Below, piece by piece: positions 1-8,996 of a stretch of DNA of 64,000 nt (within the stretch, counting starts at the first letter, position 1; every line of letters begins with the position of its first letter). The DNA is from Parcubacteria group bacterium (lineage in GTDB: Bacteria; Patescibacteriota; Minisyncoccia; Moranbacterales; UBA2206), in assembly GCA_041674205.1 (NCBI GenBank), contig JBAYWF010000002.1, forward strand, positions 46,940 to 110,939, given 5' to 3'. The position numbers were made by a program, and so were the translations under genes. Below the pieces are notes generated by a model that had not been told where the DNA came from, made no database searches, and saw only the letters and a program-made list of their open reading frames with translations.

Positions 1-344
1 TTATGGGAAAAGTCGGCTATGATATGGTTTTCTTCGGGCAGTTTTCTCCCCGTCCTGGCACCACGGCCTGGGAAATGAAGGACAATGTTTCTAAGATAGA
101 AAAAGAAAGGCGCGAACGGTTCCTCAACGAAATCCTGAAAAAAACCGCGCTGGCAAACAGCAAAAAATTCCTTAATACTGATGCCGAGGTACTGATTGAA
201 AATGAGAAGGATGGGATATATTTTGGAAAGACCCGCACCGCTAAAAATGTGAAAGTAATTTCCAACAAGAAAAACTTGGTCGGGAAATTCGTAAAAGTAA
301 AAATAACCAGAGTCAACATATGGAATCTCGAGGGAAAATCATAG
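1..344 (+). CDS. miaB: tRNA methylthiotransferase MiaB, C-terminal part (TRAM domain); truncated by window edge
   Basis: FSPRPGT.A motif, K..R...L, TRAM-like tail (G.FVKVKI); overlaps miaA. Confidence 0.85.
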   Translation, partial: MGKVGYDMVFFGQFSPRPGTTAWEMKDNVSKIEKERRERFLNEILKKTALANSKKFLNTDAEVLIENEKDGIYFGKTRTAKNVKVISNKKNLVGKFVKVKITRVNIWNLEGKS

Positions 345-1228
345 CCATCCTAGGACCTACTTCCGCCGGAAAATCAGCGGCGGCGATTCGGCTTGCCCAA
401 AAATTCGATGGCGAAATAGTATCCGTGGATTCACGGCAGATTTATCGCGGGATGGACATCGGAACCGGGAAAGTGACACAGGAAGAACAAGCCGGAATCA
501 AACATTGGATGCTGGATATAGCCAGTCCGAAAACCGATTTCAGCGCGGCGCGCTTCAAGAAAAAAGCGGACAAGATCATCAAGGATATTTTAAAGCGCGG
601 AAAACTGCCGATCCTTTGCGGCGGCACCGGCTTCTGGATCAAATCGATCGTGGACAATATCACCTATCCGGAAGTTAAGCCGGACTGGGAATTGCGCAAT
701 CAATTGGATGATTCAAGTCTGGAAGATCTGTTCGCGCAACTGCGGAAACTGGATCCTAAAAGAGCGCGTAGTATCGACGCCAAAAACAAAGTCCGCTTGA
801 TCCGCGCCATCGAAATCTGCAAAACCCTCGGCCAAGTGCCGGAAGAAAAATCCGATCCGCGATACCAGACTTTGCAAATCGGCTTGGCCGTGCCCAAAGA
901 AGAATTGCACGCTAAAATAAAAAAACGCCTCGACCGGAGATGGCGGGACGGAATGATAGAAGAGATTGAAAAACTTCACACCCATGGCCTTAGCTGGAAA
1001 AAGATCCAAAGTTTCGGCTTGGGCTATTTTTGGATTCCGGAGTATCTGCGAAAAAAAATTTCTTTGGAAGAATTATATAGCAAGGTCTATCTGTCCGAAA
1101 AGGATTACGCCAAGCGCCAGCTGACTTGGTTCAAAAAAGACCTTCGGATATTATGGTTGGAAAAATATGGTGACATCGAAAAGGAAGTTGCTATTTTTCT
1201 AAAAAACAAAGTTATTAAAACCGTCTGA
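320..1228 (+). CDS. miaA: tRNA dimethylallyltransferase
   Basis: GPTSAGKS, SVDSRQIYRGMDIGTGK, GGTGFW, YAKRQLTWF. Confidence 0.97.
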   Translation: MESRGKIIAILGPTSAGKSAAAIRLAQKFDGEIVSVDSRQIYRGMDIGTGKVTQEEQAGIKHWMLDIASPKTDFSAARFKKKADKIIKDILKRGKLPILCGGTGFWIKSIVDNITYPEVKPDWELRNQLDDSSLEDLFAQLRKLDPKRARSIDAKNKVRLIRAIEICKTLGQVPEEKSDPRYQTLQIGLAVPKEELHAKIKKRLDRRWRDGMIEEIEKLHTHGLSWKKIQSFGLGYFWIPEYLRKKISLEELYSKVYLSEKDYAKRQLTWFKKDLRILWLEKYGDIEKEVAIFLKNKVIKTV

Positions 1229-1236
1229 CCTGTTTT

Positions 1237-1803
1237 CTAATCCCAAATCTCATCTTCTGTTTTCCCCGCTCCATCCGCGATATGTTTTCTCAATATTTCC
1301 ATCTGATCGATAAGTGAGTTGAAACTGATCTTGATTGTTGTGTCTTGCAGTTCTTTCGAGTTCAAAGCTTTTATCGATGCTAAGACATCCCTCCTTAATT
1401 CCGTAAAATCAGCGCCTAAATTTAAAAATTTCGCATAGTTCAACTGTTCATTCATTCTGACTTGGTCTTCCAACGCGACTACGCGCTGGAGAAAAATATT
1501 TATTTCATCAAGTGTCCTTTCTATCTTTTTCCTTTCTTCCGTCGCCCTGATTTCTTCTTCCACTTCCGGCTTTTTGAGAGGCATCAATTCAGCGGTTTTT
1601 TCAATTCCCTCAGAAATATATGACACTTCGATAGGATCATCAACATCTTTTTTAACGGCATCGCTATGGACAGGAATAGACCCGCTCTTCCGGATCCTTT
1701 TTAAAAGAGCCCCATTCAAATCGCCGATTTTATTGCCAGGCACAAAAGCATCATAATCTTCTCCTGACGATTCCCTAGGGCTATTGAATACGCCTTCCAT
1801 CAT
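1237..1803 (-). CDS. hypothetical protein (acidic, helical C-terminus)
   Basis: 188-aa ORF starting 4 nt after gatB stop; no motif recognised. Confidence 0.7.
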   Translation of the reverse strand: MMEGVFNSPRESSGEDYDAFVPGNKIGDLNGALLKRIRKSGSIPVHSDAVKKDVDDPIEVSYISEGIEKTAELMPLKKPEVEEEIRATEERKKIERTLDEINIFLQRVVALEDQVRMNEQLNYAKFLNLGADFTELRRDVLASIKALNSKELQDTTIKISFNSLIDQMEILRKHIADGAGKTEDEIWD

Positions 1804-1807
1804 ATTT

Positions 1808-3277
1808 TTATTTTATCTTGTTTTTTAACATTTCCATGACGATTCCCGGATTAGCCTTGCCTTTCGAGGCGGCCATCACCTGTCCCATCAGGAATTGGAG
1901 CGCGTTCTGTTTGCCAGCTTTGAAATCGTCCACCGATTTCTGGTTTTTGGCCAACACCCCATCGATTATGTTTTCAAGTTCGGAAGCGTCATCCATCTGC
2001 GCCAGATTTTTTTCCTCGATGATCTGCGACGGATCGCCGCCAGTCGCGTACATCTCTTCCAAAACGACCTGTCCGGCGCTGGAATTTATCTTGCCATCCG
2101 CCAAAAAGCCGACGAGTTCCGCATAATTTTCCGCCGTTATCTTCACGTCTTTGATAGTTTGGGAATTTTTCATCAGATGTTTCTGCAATTCACTGACCAT
2201 ATAATTCGCGGCTAATTTGACCAGCTTATTTTCTTCAGAACCGATTTCCCCGCTCTGCTTTTTCTCTTTCAATTCGGAAACCACATGCTCGAAATATTCC
2301 GCCAAATCCTTGTCGCCCGTAATCACGTTCACATTTTCCAAAGATAAATTATATTCATCTACAAATCTCCTGGATTTAGCGTCTGGCAATTCAGGCAGAT
2401 GCCGGCGCAAATCCGCTACGTATTCTTCCGTAAACTTCATCGGCGGAATGTCCGGTTCGGGGAAATAGCGGTAATCATGGGCGGACTCTTTTTTTCTCTG
2501 CGCTACCGTGACGCCGCGCGCCTCGTCCCAGCCCCGGGTTTCCTGTGATACCTTCTCGCCTTTTTCCAGAATTTCCGTCTGGCGCAAGATTTCATAATCG
2601 ACCGCGCGCTCAACCACCCGGAAAGAATTCAGGTTTTTAATTTCCGATTTGGTCCCGCTCAGCTTCTCCTCATCCTCCTTATGTAAAGAAATGTTGACCT
2701 CGCAACGCATATGGCCTTTCTCCATATCCGCTTCCGAAATTTCCAGATAACGGAAAATCTGCTGCAATTTCTGGCAGAACAGGCGTGCTTCCTTGCCATT
2801 CTCAATGTCCGGTTCCGTCACCAGTTCCATCAGAGGCACCCCAGCCCGATTGAAATCCACCAAAGAATATTCAACGCCTTTCGGATGCACCAGCTTTCCC
2901 GTGTCCTCTTCCATATGGATCCGGGTTATCCCGACGGACTTCCCGTCGATTTCAACGCGGCCCTGCTCGCACAGGGGCTGGTCATATTGCGAAATCTGGT
3001 AGCCCTTGGGGATGTCCGGATAGAAATAGTTCTTACGGTCGAATTTGGAATTTTCCGCGATCTGACAATTCAGTGCCAAGCCAGCCATTTGCACGAATCT
3101 GATCGCTTGTTCGTTGGCTACCGGCAAAGTCCCGGGTTGCGCCGTGCAAACCGGACAAATATTAACGTTCGGTTCCGTTTCCATACCTAAACCGTTCTTG
3201 CAGCCGCAAAACATCTTCGATTTCGTTTTCAGTTCGACATGGATTTCCATACCGATGACGGGAATATATTTTGTCAT
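1808..3277 (-). CDS. gatB: Asp/Glu-tRNA amidotransferase subunit B
   Basis: IGMEIHVEL, FDRKNYFYPD, HMEEDTGK, DYRYFPEPD. Confidence 0.98.
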   Translation of the reverse strand: MTKYIPVIGMEIHVELKTKSKMFCGCKNGLGMETEPNVNICPVCTAQPGTLPVANEQAIRFVQMAGLALNCQIAENSKFDRKNYFYPDIPKGYQISQYDQPLCEQGRVEIDGKSVGITRIHMEEDTGKLVHPKGVEYSLVDFNRAGVPLMELVTEPDIENGKEARLFCQKLQQIFRYLEISEADMEKGHMRCEVNISLHKEDEEKLSGTKSEIKNLNSFRVVERAVDYEILRQTEILEKGEKVSQETRGWDEARGVTVAQRKKESAHDYRYFPEPDIPPMKFTEEYVADLRRHLPELPDAKSRRFVDEYNLSLENVNVITGDKDLAEYFEHVVSELKEKKQSGEIGSEENKLVKLAANYMVSELQKHLMKNSQTIKDVKITAENYAELVGFLADGKINSSAGQVVLEEMYATGGDPSQIIEEKNLAQMDDASELENIIDGVLAKNQKSVDDFKAGKQNALQFLMGQVMAASKGKANPGIVMEMLKNKIK

Positions 3278-3339
3278 AAAATCTAGATTACTGGATTATA
3301 ATAAGCCTGTGTTTAAAAAAATAGTGTGTGATTTTTATT

Positions 3340-3412
3340 TTTATACTCAAATTTTCAATTCACAATTTTAAATTTTCAAACAATTTTTAATTTAAAATTT
3401 CAAAAAATCAGA
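3340..3412. repeat. degenerate AT-rich 7-8 nt tandem repeat (aattttc/aatttta-like)
   Basis: aattttcaatt..aattttaaattttcaa..aatttttaatttaaaatttcaa in the dut-gatB spacer; related tracts near 13493, 18187, 28610, 33911, 46445, 48330. Confidence 0.55.
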
Positions 3413-3423
3413 TGCTCAAATAT

Positions 3424-3846
3424 TTAAACTCCGGTGCTTCCGAAACCGCCGTTTCCTCTTTCCGTTTCGTCCAATCCGCCCACTTCGATAACTTCCGGAT
3501 TTTCCACTTTCTGGATAAGCATCTGTGCGATCTTATCCCCCTTGCCTATCTTATATGTTTCTTGCGATAAATTAACGAGGCCTATCTTAACTTCGCCGCG
3601 ATATCCGCTATCGATGACGCCACCCAATACTTTTATCCCGCTCTTGATGGCGATGCCGCTCTTGTCCCAAATCAAGCCGACATATCCGTCCGGAATTTGC
3701 ATCGCGATTCCGGTCCGGCAAGCCGACCTTTCCATTGGCCGCAACTCCAAATCTTCCAGAGAGAAAAAGTCCATACCCGCATCGCCCGCAATGGCATATT
3801 GGGGAATTTTCGCGTCGGTTTCCAATTTTTTTATCCGTATCTTCAT
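3424..3846 (-). CDS. dut: dUTP diphosphatase
   Basis: GDAGMD, KSG, GVIDSGYRGE, IAQM, RGNGGFGSTG. Confidence 0.97.
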   Translation of the reverse strand: MKIRIKKLETDAKIPQYAIAGDAGMDFFSLEDLELRPMERSACRTGIAMQIPDGYVGLIWDKSGIAIKSGIKVLGGVIDSGYRGEVKIGLVNLSQETYKIGKGDKIAQMLIQKVENPEVIEVGGLDETERGNGGFGSTGV

Positions 3847-4535
3847 TTTATAATTATTTCCAACTTATTCCAAATTATACTTCCGATTTCATCTATCGGC
3901 AGAAGTCCATCATTTTTAACACAATTTACCCGCACCCAATTATTATTTTTCTTAATCATTTTTATCGCGCTTTCTTTGGAATCTTGCAAATGTTGCAGAT
4001 TATTTTCCGCCACGTCTTTCCGGCCTCTCAAATATCTTTTTTTATAACTGCCTTTTTCGCCTGCCAGAAGTTTTTGCGTGATTTCCACCGGCACATCCAG
4101 GTAGATGATCGCATCCGGTTTGGGAATGGCAAAAATCTCAAACTCCATTTTTTCCAGCCATTTCAGAAATTCTTTTCTGTCTTTTTCATTTTTTATTTTC
4201 CCTCCCTGATGGATTTGATTGGAACTGACATAGCGGTCAGCGATGACGATATTCCCGTCTGCCAGCCATTTCCGAATGCTTTTACTGGATTCAAAGCGAT
4301 CAGCCGCATATAGCACCGAAGCGATGCGCGGATTGACTGCCAAAAAATCCCCATACTCTCCAGCCAAACATTCACCGATCAATTTTCCGAAAAAATTATC
4401 ATAATATCTTGGAAAATCAATCACTTTGACCTTGAATTTATTCTTTTTGAGTCTGGACGCCAATAGTTCGGTCTGGGTCGCTTTCCCGCTGCCATCCGTG
4501 CCATCAATAACGATAAATTTCCCTTTTTTCCCCAT
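3843..4535 (-). CDS. tmk: thymidylate kinase
   Basis: IDGTDGSGKATQ, FPRY, DRYVSSN. Confidence 0.93.
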   Translation of the reverse strand: MGKKGKFIVIDGTDGSGKATQTELLASRLKKNKFKVKVIDFPRYYDNFFGKLIGECLAGEYGDFLAVNPRIASVLYAADRFESSKSIRKWLADGNIVIADRYVSSNQIHQGGKIKNEKDRKEFLKWLEKMEFEIFAIPKPDAIIYLDVPVEITQKLLAGEKGSYKKRYLRGRKDVAENNLQHLQDSKESAIKMIKKNNNWVRVNCVKNDGLLPIDEIGSIIWNKLEIIIK

Positions 4536-4566
4536 ATCTTAGTTTTTTAAAAGCAGTTTGCCGCCG

Positions 4567-5040
4567 TTATCTCGTCAGCTCCAAAAATTTAAACTTGTAT
4601 TGGCCATTGTCAACCGCCTCCTCCTTTATGATATTTTTAAATTCAGAGTAATCCGGGAAAAAAGTATCGGCATCTTCCGGGGCATCTTCCACGACCGTCA
4701 AATAGAGCTTATCTACCATTGGCAAAGAAAGCTTGTAAATTATGCCGCCTCCGATGACAAAAACCTCCTCTTCGCTATTTTTATATTCTTGCAAAACTTC
4801 CTCCAAAGAATTCCTGACTTCCACGCGATCATCCCGGAAATCTTTGTCGAGTGTCACGACGATATTTTTCCTATTCGGCAACGGTTTGCCGATGGACGCG
4901 AAAGTCCGCTCGCCCATAATCACAGTGTGGCCGGAAGTCGTTCTTCTGAAATGCGCCATATCCTCCGGGATATCCCAAAGCAACCGGTTATTGCGCCCGA
5001 TGGCGTTATTTTTAGCGACTGCCACGATAAGTGAAATCAT
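4567..5040 (-). CDS. folA: dihydrofolate reductase
   Basis: IG..N.L.W.IPEDM.HF, MGERTF.SI..PLPNR, IGGG, DTFFP. Confidence 0.97.
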   Translation of the reverse strand: MISLIVAVAKNNAIGRNNRLLWDIPEDMAHFRRTTSGHTVIMGERTFASIGKPLPNRKNIVVTLDKDFRDDRVEVRNSLEEVLQEYKNSEEEVFVIGGGIIYKLSLPMVDKLYLTVVEDAPEDADTFFPDYSEFKNIIKEEAVDNGQYKFKFLELTR

Positions 5041-5202
5041 ATAGCTTATACCCTATGAAGCTGATTATCCCTTTTAACCATATTATCACATAAAAAGACC
5101 GCCGACAAGCGATATTTCCAGACCTACGTTTATTGCAAAATGCCATAATTCAGGTATAATTTAGGTATTGACGGATAAATTAACATAATTAAAGCAAGAT
5201 CT

Positions 5203-5787
5203 ATGGATATCGAAATATCAAGTCTCTTAGGTAGCGGAAAGCTTGTACCCACAAAAGATATAGGCAAAATTTCAACTTTTCTCAAAAAGAATAATTACAA
5301 AGTCGTATTGACGCAAGGGGTGTGGGATCTTATCCACGAAGGGCACGCCCAATATCTTCAAAAAGCCAAAGAATTCGGCGATGTGTTGATCGTAGCTGTC
5401 GATACCGATGAAGTCGTGAAACATCGCAAGGGTCCCAACCGCCCGATAGTTCCGGAAAAGGAACGGGTCAAAATGATTTCCCATTTGAAACATGTCGATT
5501 TGATCGTTATGAAAGAATCCAAAACGGATCATGGAAAGCTCATCAGGGATATAATGCCCGATATCTTCGTTATTTCAGAGTCGACACAATCCAATATAAA
5601 AGGCAAAAGTTTTCTCCAGGAAATCATAGAAGAACATACTCCGTACTGCAAAAAAATTGTCAACCTGGAGCCGCAATCCACGACCTCCACTACCGCGCGG
5701 ATCAGGCTGTTGACCATCCAAGGAGCTGAGGATCTTGCGAAAGAATTACAAAAATCGATAGAAAATTTCTTGTACAACAGAAAGTAG
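5203..5787 (+). CDS. cytidylyltransferase-like (HIGH/HUP) nucleotidyltransferase, RfaE domain II/TagD-like
   Basis: GVWDLIHEGH, VAVDTD, RKGPNRP, ER, STTARI. Confidence 0.85.
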   Translation: MDIEISSLLGSGKLVPTKDIGKISTFLKKNNYKVVLTQGVWDLIHEGHAQYLQKAKEFGDVLIVAVDTDEVVKHRKGPNRPIVPEKERVKMISHLKHVDLIVMKESKTDHGKLIRDIMPDIFVISESTQSNIKGKSFLQEIIEEHTPYCKKIVNLEPQSTTSTTARIRLLTIQGAEDLAKELQKSIENFLYNRK

Positions 5788-5890
5788 AGGATATTGGAAT
5801 TTTATTATTACCGCTCAGGAATGGACCTGCCGGCTGGCGTTATCCTCCCGCCGGACTAGCCAAACAACGCTAAATTTTTACGCCACGAGA

Positions 5891-6736
5891 ATGTCCGGAA
5901 AAAAAATCTTAATCGCTCTAGCCCCCGTCATCCATATCAAATACCTGGAATTATTCAAAAAATATCCGGAGCATCTTTATATTTTAGATGACACGATCCT
6001 GAAAAAATGGGACAAATTTGAAAATTTGAAAAGGGACCTGCGATCCATCGACCAAAAGACCATCTGTGATTTCATCCGGAAATCAGGCCTTTTGCAAAAG
6101 GTCGACCTGTTGACATTGGAAAATTTGACGGCTTTGGAGGAAGAAAAAGCTTCCATCGTCATGCCGGACGAAGACGTGTCCCGCTGGTTCGCGGAAAAAT
6201 TTCTTCCCGACAGGAAAGTTGAATTTGAAAATGTCTTTTTGCGGTGGAACAAGCCGGTGTCAACCCAGGAATTGGAAGTTTCCGCTGACAGGATAATCAC
6301 ATTTGAAAAAGCCCACCAAGAACTTATGGACAAAGCCGACGCCCTGAAAGAAAAAAGCGCTAATTGGTGGAGACAGATCGGCGCCATAGTCACGGACGCG
6401 AAAGGCTCGGTGATACTTTCGGCATTCAATCGCCATGTCCCCACCCAGGAAAATATGGCTGTCTATGGAGACCTCCGGATGTGTTTTGACGCCGGTGAAA
6501 ACCATCACCTCTCCAATTCCATCCACGCGGAAGCCTCCCTGATTGGGAAAGCCGCCCGGGACGGGATCAGCCTGGACGGTACCGTTCTATACGTCACCAC
6601 CTTCCCCTGCCCGACTTGCGCCAAACTGGTGGCGGAAGCTGGCATTAAAAAAGTTTATTACCAAAACGGCTATTCACTTTCCGACGCTGAAGATATCCTC
6701 AAAAATGCCGGGGTGGAGATTATTTTAGTCAAATAA
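5891..6736 (+). CDS. deoxycytidylate deaminase with extra N-terminal domain
   Basis: C-terminal HAE...PCPTC zinc motif, GIKKVYY; about 140-aa N-terminal extension. Confidence 0.85.
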   Translation: MSGKKILIALAPVIHIKYLELFKKYPEHLYILDDTILKKWDKFENLKRDLRSIDQKTICDFIRKSGLLQKVDLLTLENLTALEEEKASIVMPDEDVSRWFAEKFLPDRKVEFENVFLRWNKPVSTQELEVSADRIITFEKAHQELMDKADALKEKSANWWRQIGAIVTDAKGSVILSAFNRHVPTQENMAVYGDLRMCFDAGENHHLSNSIHAEASLIGKAARDGISLDGTVLYVTTFPCPTCAKLVAEAGIKKVYYQNGYSLSDAEDILKNAGVEIILVK

Positions 6737-6756
6737 AATAAAAACTAAGTTAATGA

Positions 6757-6792
6757 CAAAAAAACTATCCGGCGTAGCCGGATGTTTTTATT
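6757..6792 (+). terminator. intrinsic terminator
   Basis: atccggc-gta-gccggat followed by T-run. Confidence 0.7.
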
Positions 6793-6890
6793 ATCAAGCC
6801 GGATTGACTTCAATTGGCCTTTTTGCTATTGTATTTAACTGAAACAAAAGGTTATTAGTTCCTATAAAACTGAAGGGGGAGGGTAAAGTA

Positions 6891-7394
6891 TTGAAAAAAA
6901 CTATCACTGAAATCGTAAAGGGGTTTTCTGGGAAATTACCGAAGTTTCCCGATGGGCGGATCGATTATTCGACATCAAGCAGCGCACCAGTCATAATCAT
7001 CTTCGTCAAGGTTGGCGAAGAATTCCTGCTTTTAAGACGGAGCAAGAAGGTATCCAACTATCAAGGCAAATGGAGTGCAAGCGCTGGCTTCCTGGATGAT
7101 GAAAGACCCGTCCAAGAAAAAGTTATGGATGAACTTATTGCTGAGTTAGGAGTTGCCGAGGAACGACTGCAAAGGCTTATCACGGAGATTAAGATCTGTG
7201 AGTATTATGAATTCAAGGATGAGAAAGCCGGCAAGACTTGGCTCAAAACTCCGGTACTGGTTGAGCTGAGAGAAAAACCAGAAATACGCCTTGACTGGGA
7301 GCATGACGATTACTGCTGGATTCGAATCGAGGAGCTATCCAAATACGACACGGTCGTCGATCTTAAACACACTCTCAAATGCGCTTTAAACTAA
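6891..7394 (+). CDS. NUDIX hydrolase
   Basis: LLLRRS, GKW...AG...E..AELG Nudix-like box, LDWEH..Y.W; GGGGGAGG RBS. Confidence 0.8.
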   Translation: MKKTITEIVKGFSGKLPKFPDGRIDYSTSSSAPVIIIFVKVGEEFLLLRRSKKVSNYQGKWSASAGFLDDERPVQEKVMDELIAELGVAEERLQRLITEIKICEYYEFKDEKAGKTWLKTPVLVELREKPEIRLDWEHDDYCWIRIEELSKYDTVVDLKHTLKCALN

Positions 7395-7405
7395 AAGACA
7401 TTTGA

Positions 7406-7442
7406 AAAGGCGGACAAGCTACTACAGCTTGCCCGCCTTTTT
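7406..7442. terminator. bidirectional terminator
   Basis: aaaaggcggacaagct...agcttgcccgcctttt between convergent genes. Confidence 0.75.
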
Positions 7443-7459
7443 AACTCTCACCATTTTTC

Positions 7460-7900
7460 TTAACCGATTCTCGTAATAACCGGCTCTTCCCCGGCGGAAA
7501 CGACCAACTGGGCATGCAAATGCTGGACGGTCGCGCCTGTCAGGCCGGTGCTGTCCGAACGCATCAAAAAAGTGCTATGGGTTATTCCAAGGCTTTGTTT
7601 GATTTTTTTAACGATATTCCATAGATCCGAAATTTCCTCCTCCTTCATTTCCTCAGGTGTCAGGATATGGCGCTTGATTATAATGACCAGATGTTCTTTC
7701 GTATGCTCATACGGCCAAGCGTTCCTTGTTACCACCCAAAAATCAGTTTCTATCAAAACAGGATTCGAATGGTAAGCCGGTTTTTCTTTAGCGACGAAAT
7801 CATGGCAAAAAGGACACACTCCGTCAGAAATAATTTTTTTCATCACCGCGATCTGTTCCTCCTTGCGGGCATTTTCCAGATCCAATCCGCTTTTATTCAT
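7460..7900 (-). CDS. HIT-superfamily protein, HxHxQ type
   Basis: CPFC, N.WPY...H, HLHAQ. Confidence 0.85.
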   Translation of the reverse strand: MNKSGLDLENARKEEQIAVMKKIISDGVCPFCHDFVAKEKPAYHSNPVLIETDFWVVTRNAWPYEHTKEHLVIIIKRHILTPEEMKEEEISDLWNIVKKIKQSLGITHSTFLMRSDSTGLTGATVQHLHAQLVVSAGEEPVITRIG

Positions 7901-7924
7901 ATCTCTAAATTTGTAAATTATGGG

Positions 7925-8902
7925 CTATACCGGAGTTGGAATCTTAAACCAAGGCTTTGGTTCGTAGTCTTCAAGCACGAAATCCTCCTTGCGGAAATCC
8001 TGGAGCCTTGTCACTTTCCTATCCAGTCTAAGAGTCACGGTCGGGAAAGGCTTCGGTTCAATGGCTAAAATCTTATCCACTGATTCAGCTTGGACGTCAT
8101 AATAATGGGGATTGGATAGAAAATGAGTATATTTGGTAAACTTGTAACCCAGCAGATGCGCCACCATCAAACCAAGAGCTGACCATTCGATCAGGTTGAA
8201 TTGCAAGCCCACCGGGACATCGGCCGATCGCTGGGTGTGTGTCATTTCCAGTTCTTTCTGCTCATCAAAAAGCACGAAATGGATGAAATTGCCATGGCAG
8301 GGAGCGACGACGACTTTGCGCTTGAAACCCTGCTCTTCATCTCCCATCGATAGAGGCGGATTCCAGGTAGTCAGGACATGGGTCCTCAAAAATGGCGCTT
8401 TTTCCATCTGCCGCTGGACGGCGCTGACTTGATCGAATTCCCCTTTTGCGGATTGGAAACGTCCCAAGGATGCCCCATAGGATCCATCGCCCAAATCGCC
8501 TTCAGGTAACCCAAATATCGCACACTTTTCTTTTGTAACCCAATCCTTCCAAAAAACCTCCGGACAGCCATATTCCTTCAGGCCGCTCAGCGTACTTTGC
8601 CCATTTAAAAACGCCACCAATTCGCCTATTGATCCATAAAATGACTTGCTCAAATCACGCTCCGTCAAAACGGGAAAACCGTTGTTCATTTCAAATTGCA
8701 ACATAGCACCTGTTATTTCTTTTGAATTCTGATGCCCGGAATTAGCATTCTCACTAAGCCTGGCATGGATAGGCACTTTGTCTTTTCCTGTTGTTTTAAT
8801 TTTTTTAAGCAATTCTTGATATTGAAAATCAGGAACCCGCTCGCCAAATGGAAGATAATCGATGCCTCCTTCTATTTTATTTTTAACCTCTTTATTTGTC
8901 AT
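7925..8902 (-). CDS. thyA: thymidylate synthase (divergent ThyA)
   Basis: GFPVLT, YG, APCH, QRSADVPVGLQFN, H.Y. Confidence 0.88.
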   Translation of the reverse strand: MTNKEVKNKIEGGIDYLPFGERVPDFQYQELLKKIKTTGKDKVPIHARLSENANSGHQNSKEITGAMLQFEMNNGFPVLTERDLSKSFYGSIGELVAFLNGQSTLSGLKEYGCPEVFWKDWVTKEKCAIFGLPEGDLGDGSYGASLGRFQSAKGEFDQVSAVQRQMEKAPFLRTHVLTTWNPPLSMGDEEQGFKRKVVVAPCHGNFIHFVLFDEQKELEMTHTQRSADVPVGLQFNLIEWSALGLMVAHLLGYKFTKYTHFLSNPHYYDVQAESVDKILAIEPKPFPTVTLRLDRKVTRLQDFRKEDFVLEDYEPKPWFKIPTPV

Positions 8903-8996
8903 ATTTTTATGCCCCTATCTTACTGTTTATGGTTATTCCATCATACTATTTTTAGCTCCATAGGTCAAAAAGTCCCGCCTCAGCGGGACTCCCTAT

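Noticed and set aside
1226-1228. Alternative genetic code 25 (TGA=Gly)
   Set aside because: TGA ends full-length conserved genes such as miaA, hypE and map; long ORFs are intact under code 11.
5794-5859. 21-codon ORF or structured RNA between NTase and deaminase
   Set aside because: Too short, no motif, only a weak hairpin.
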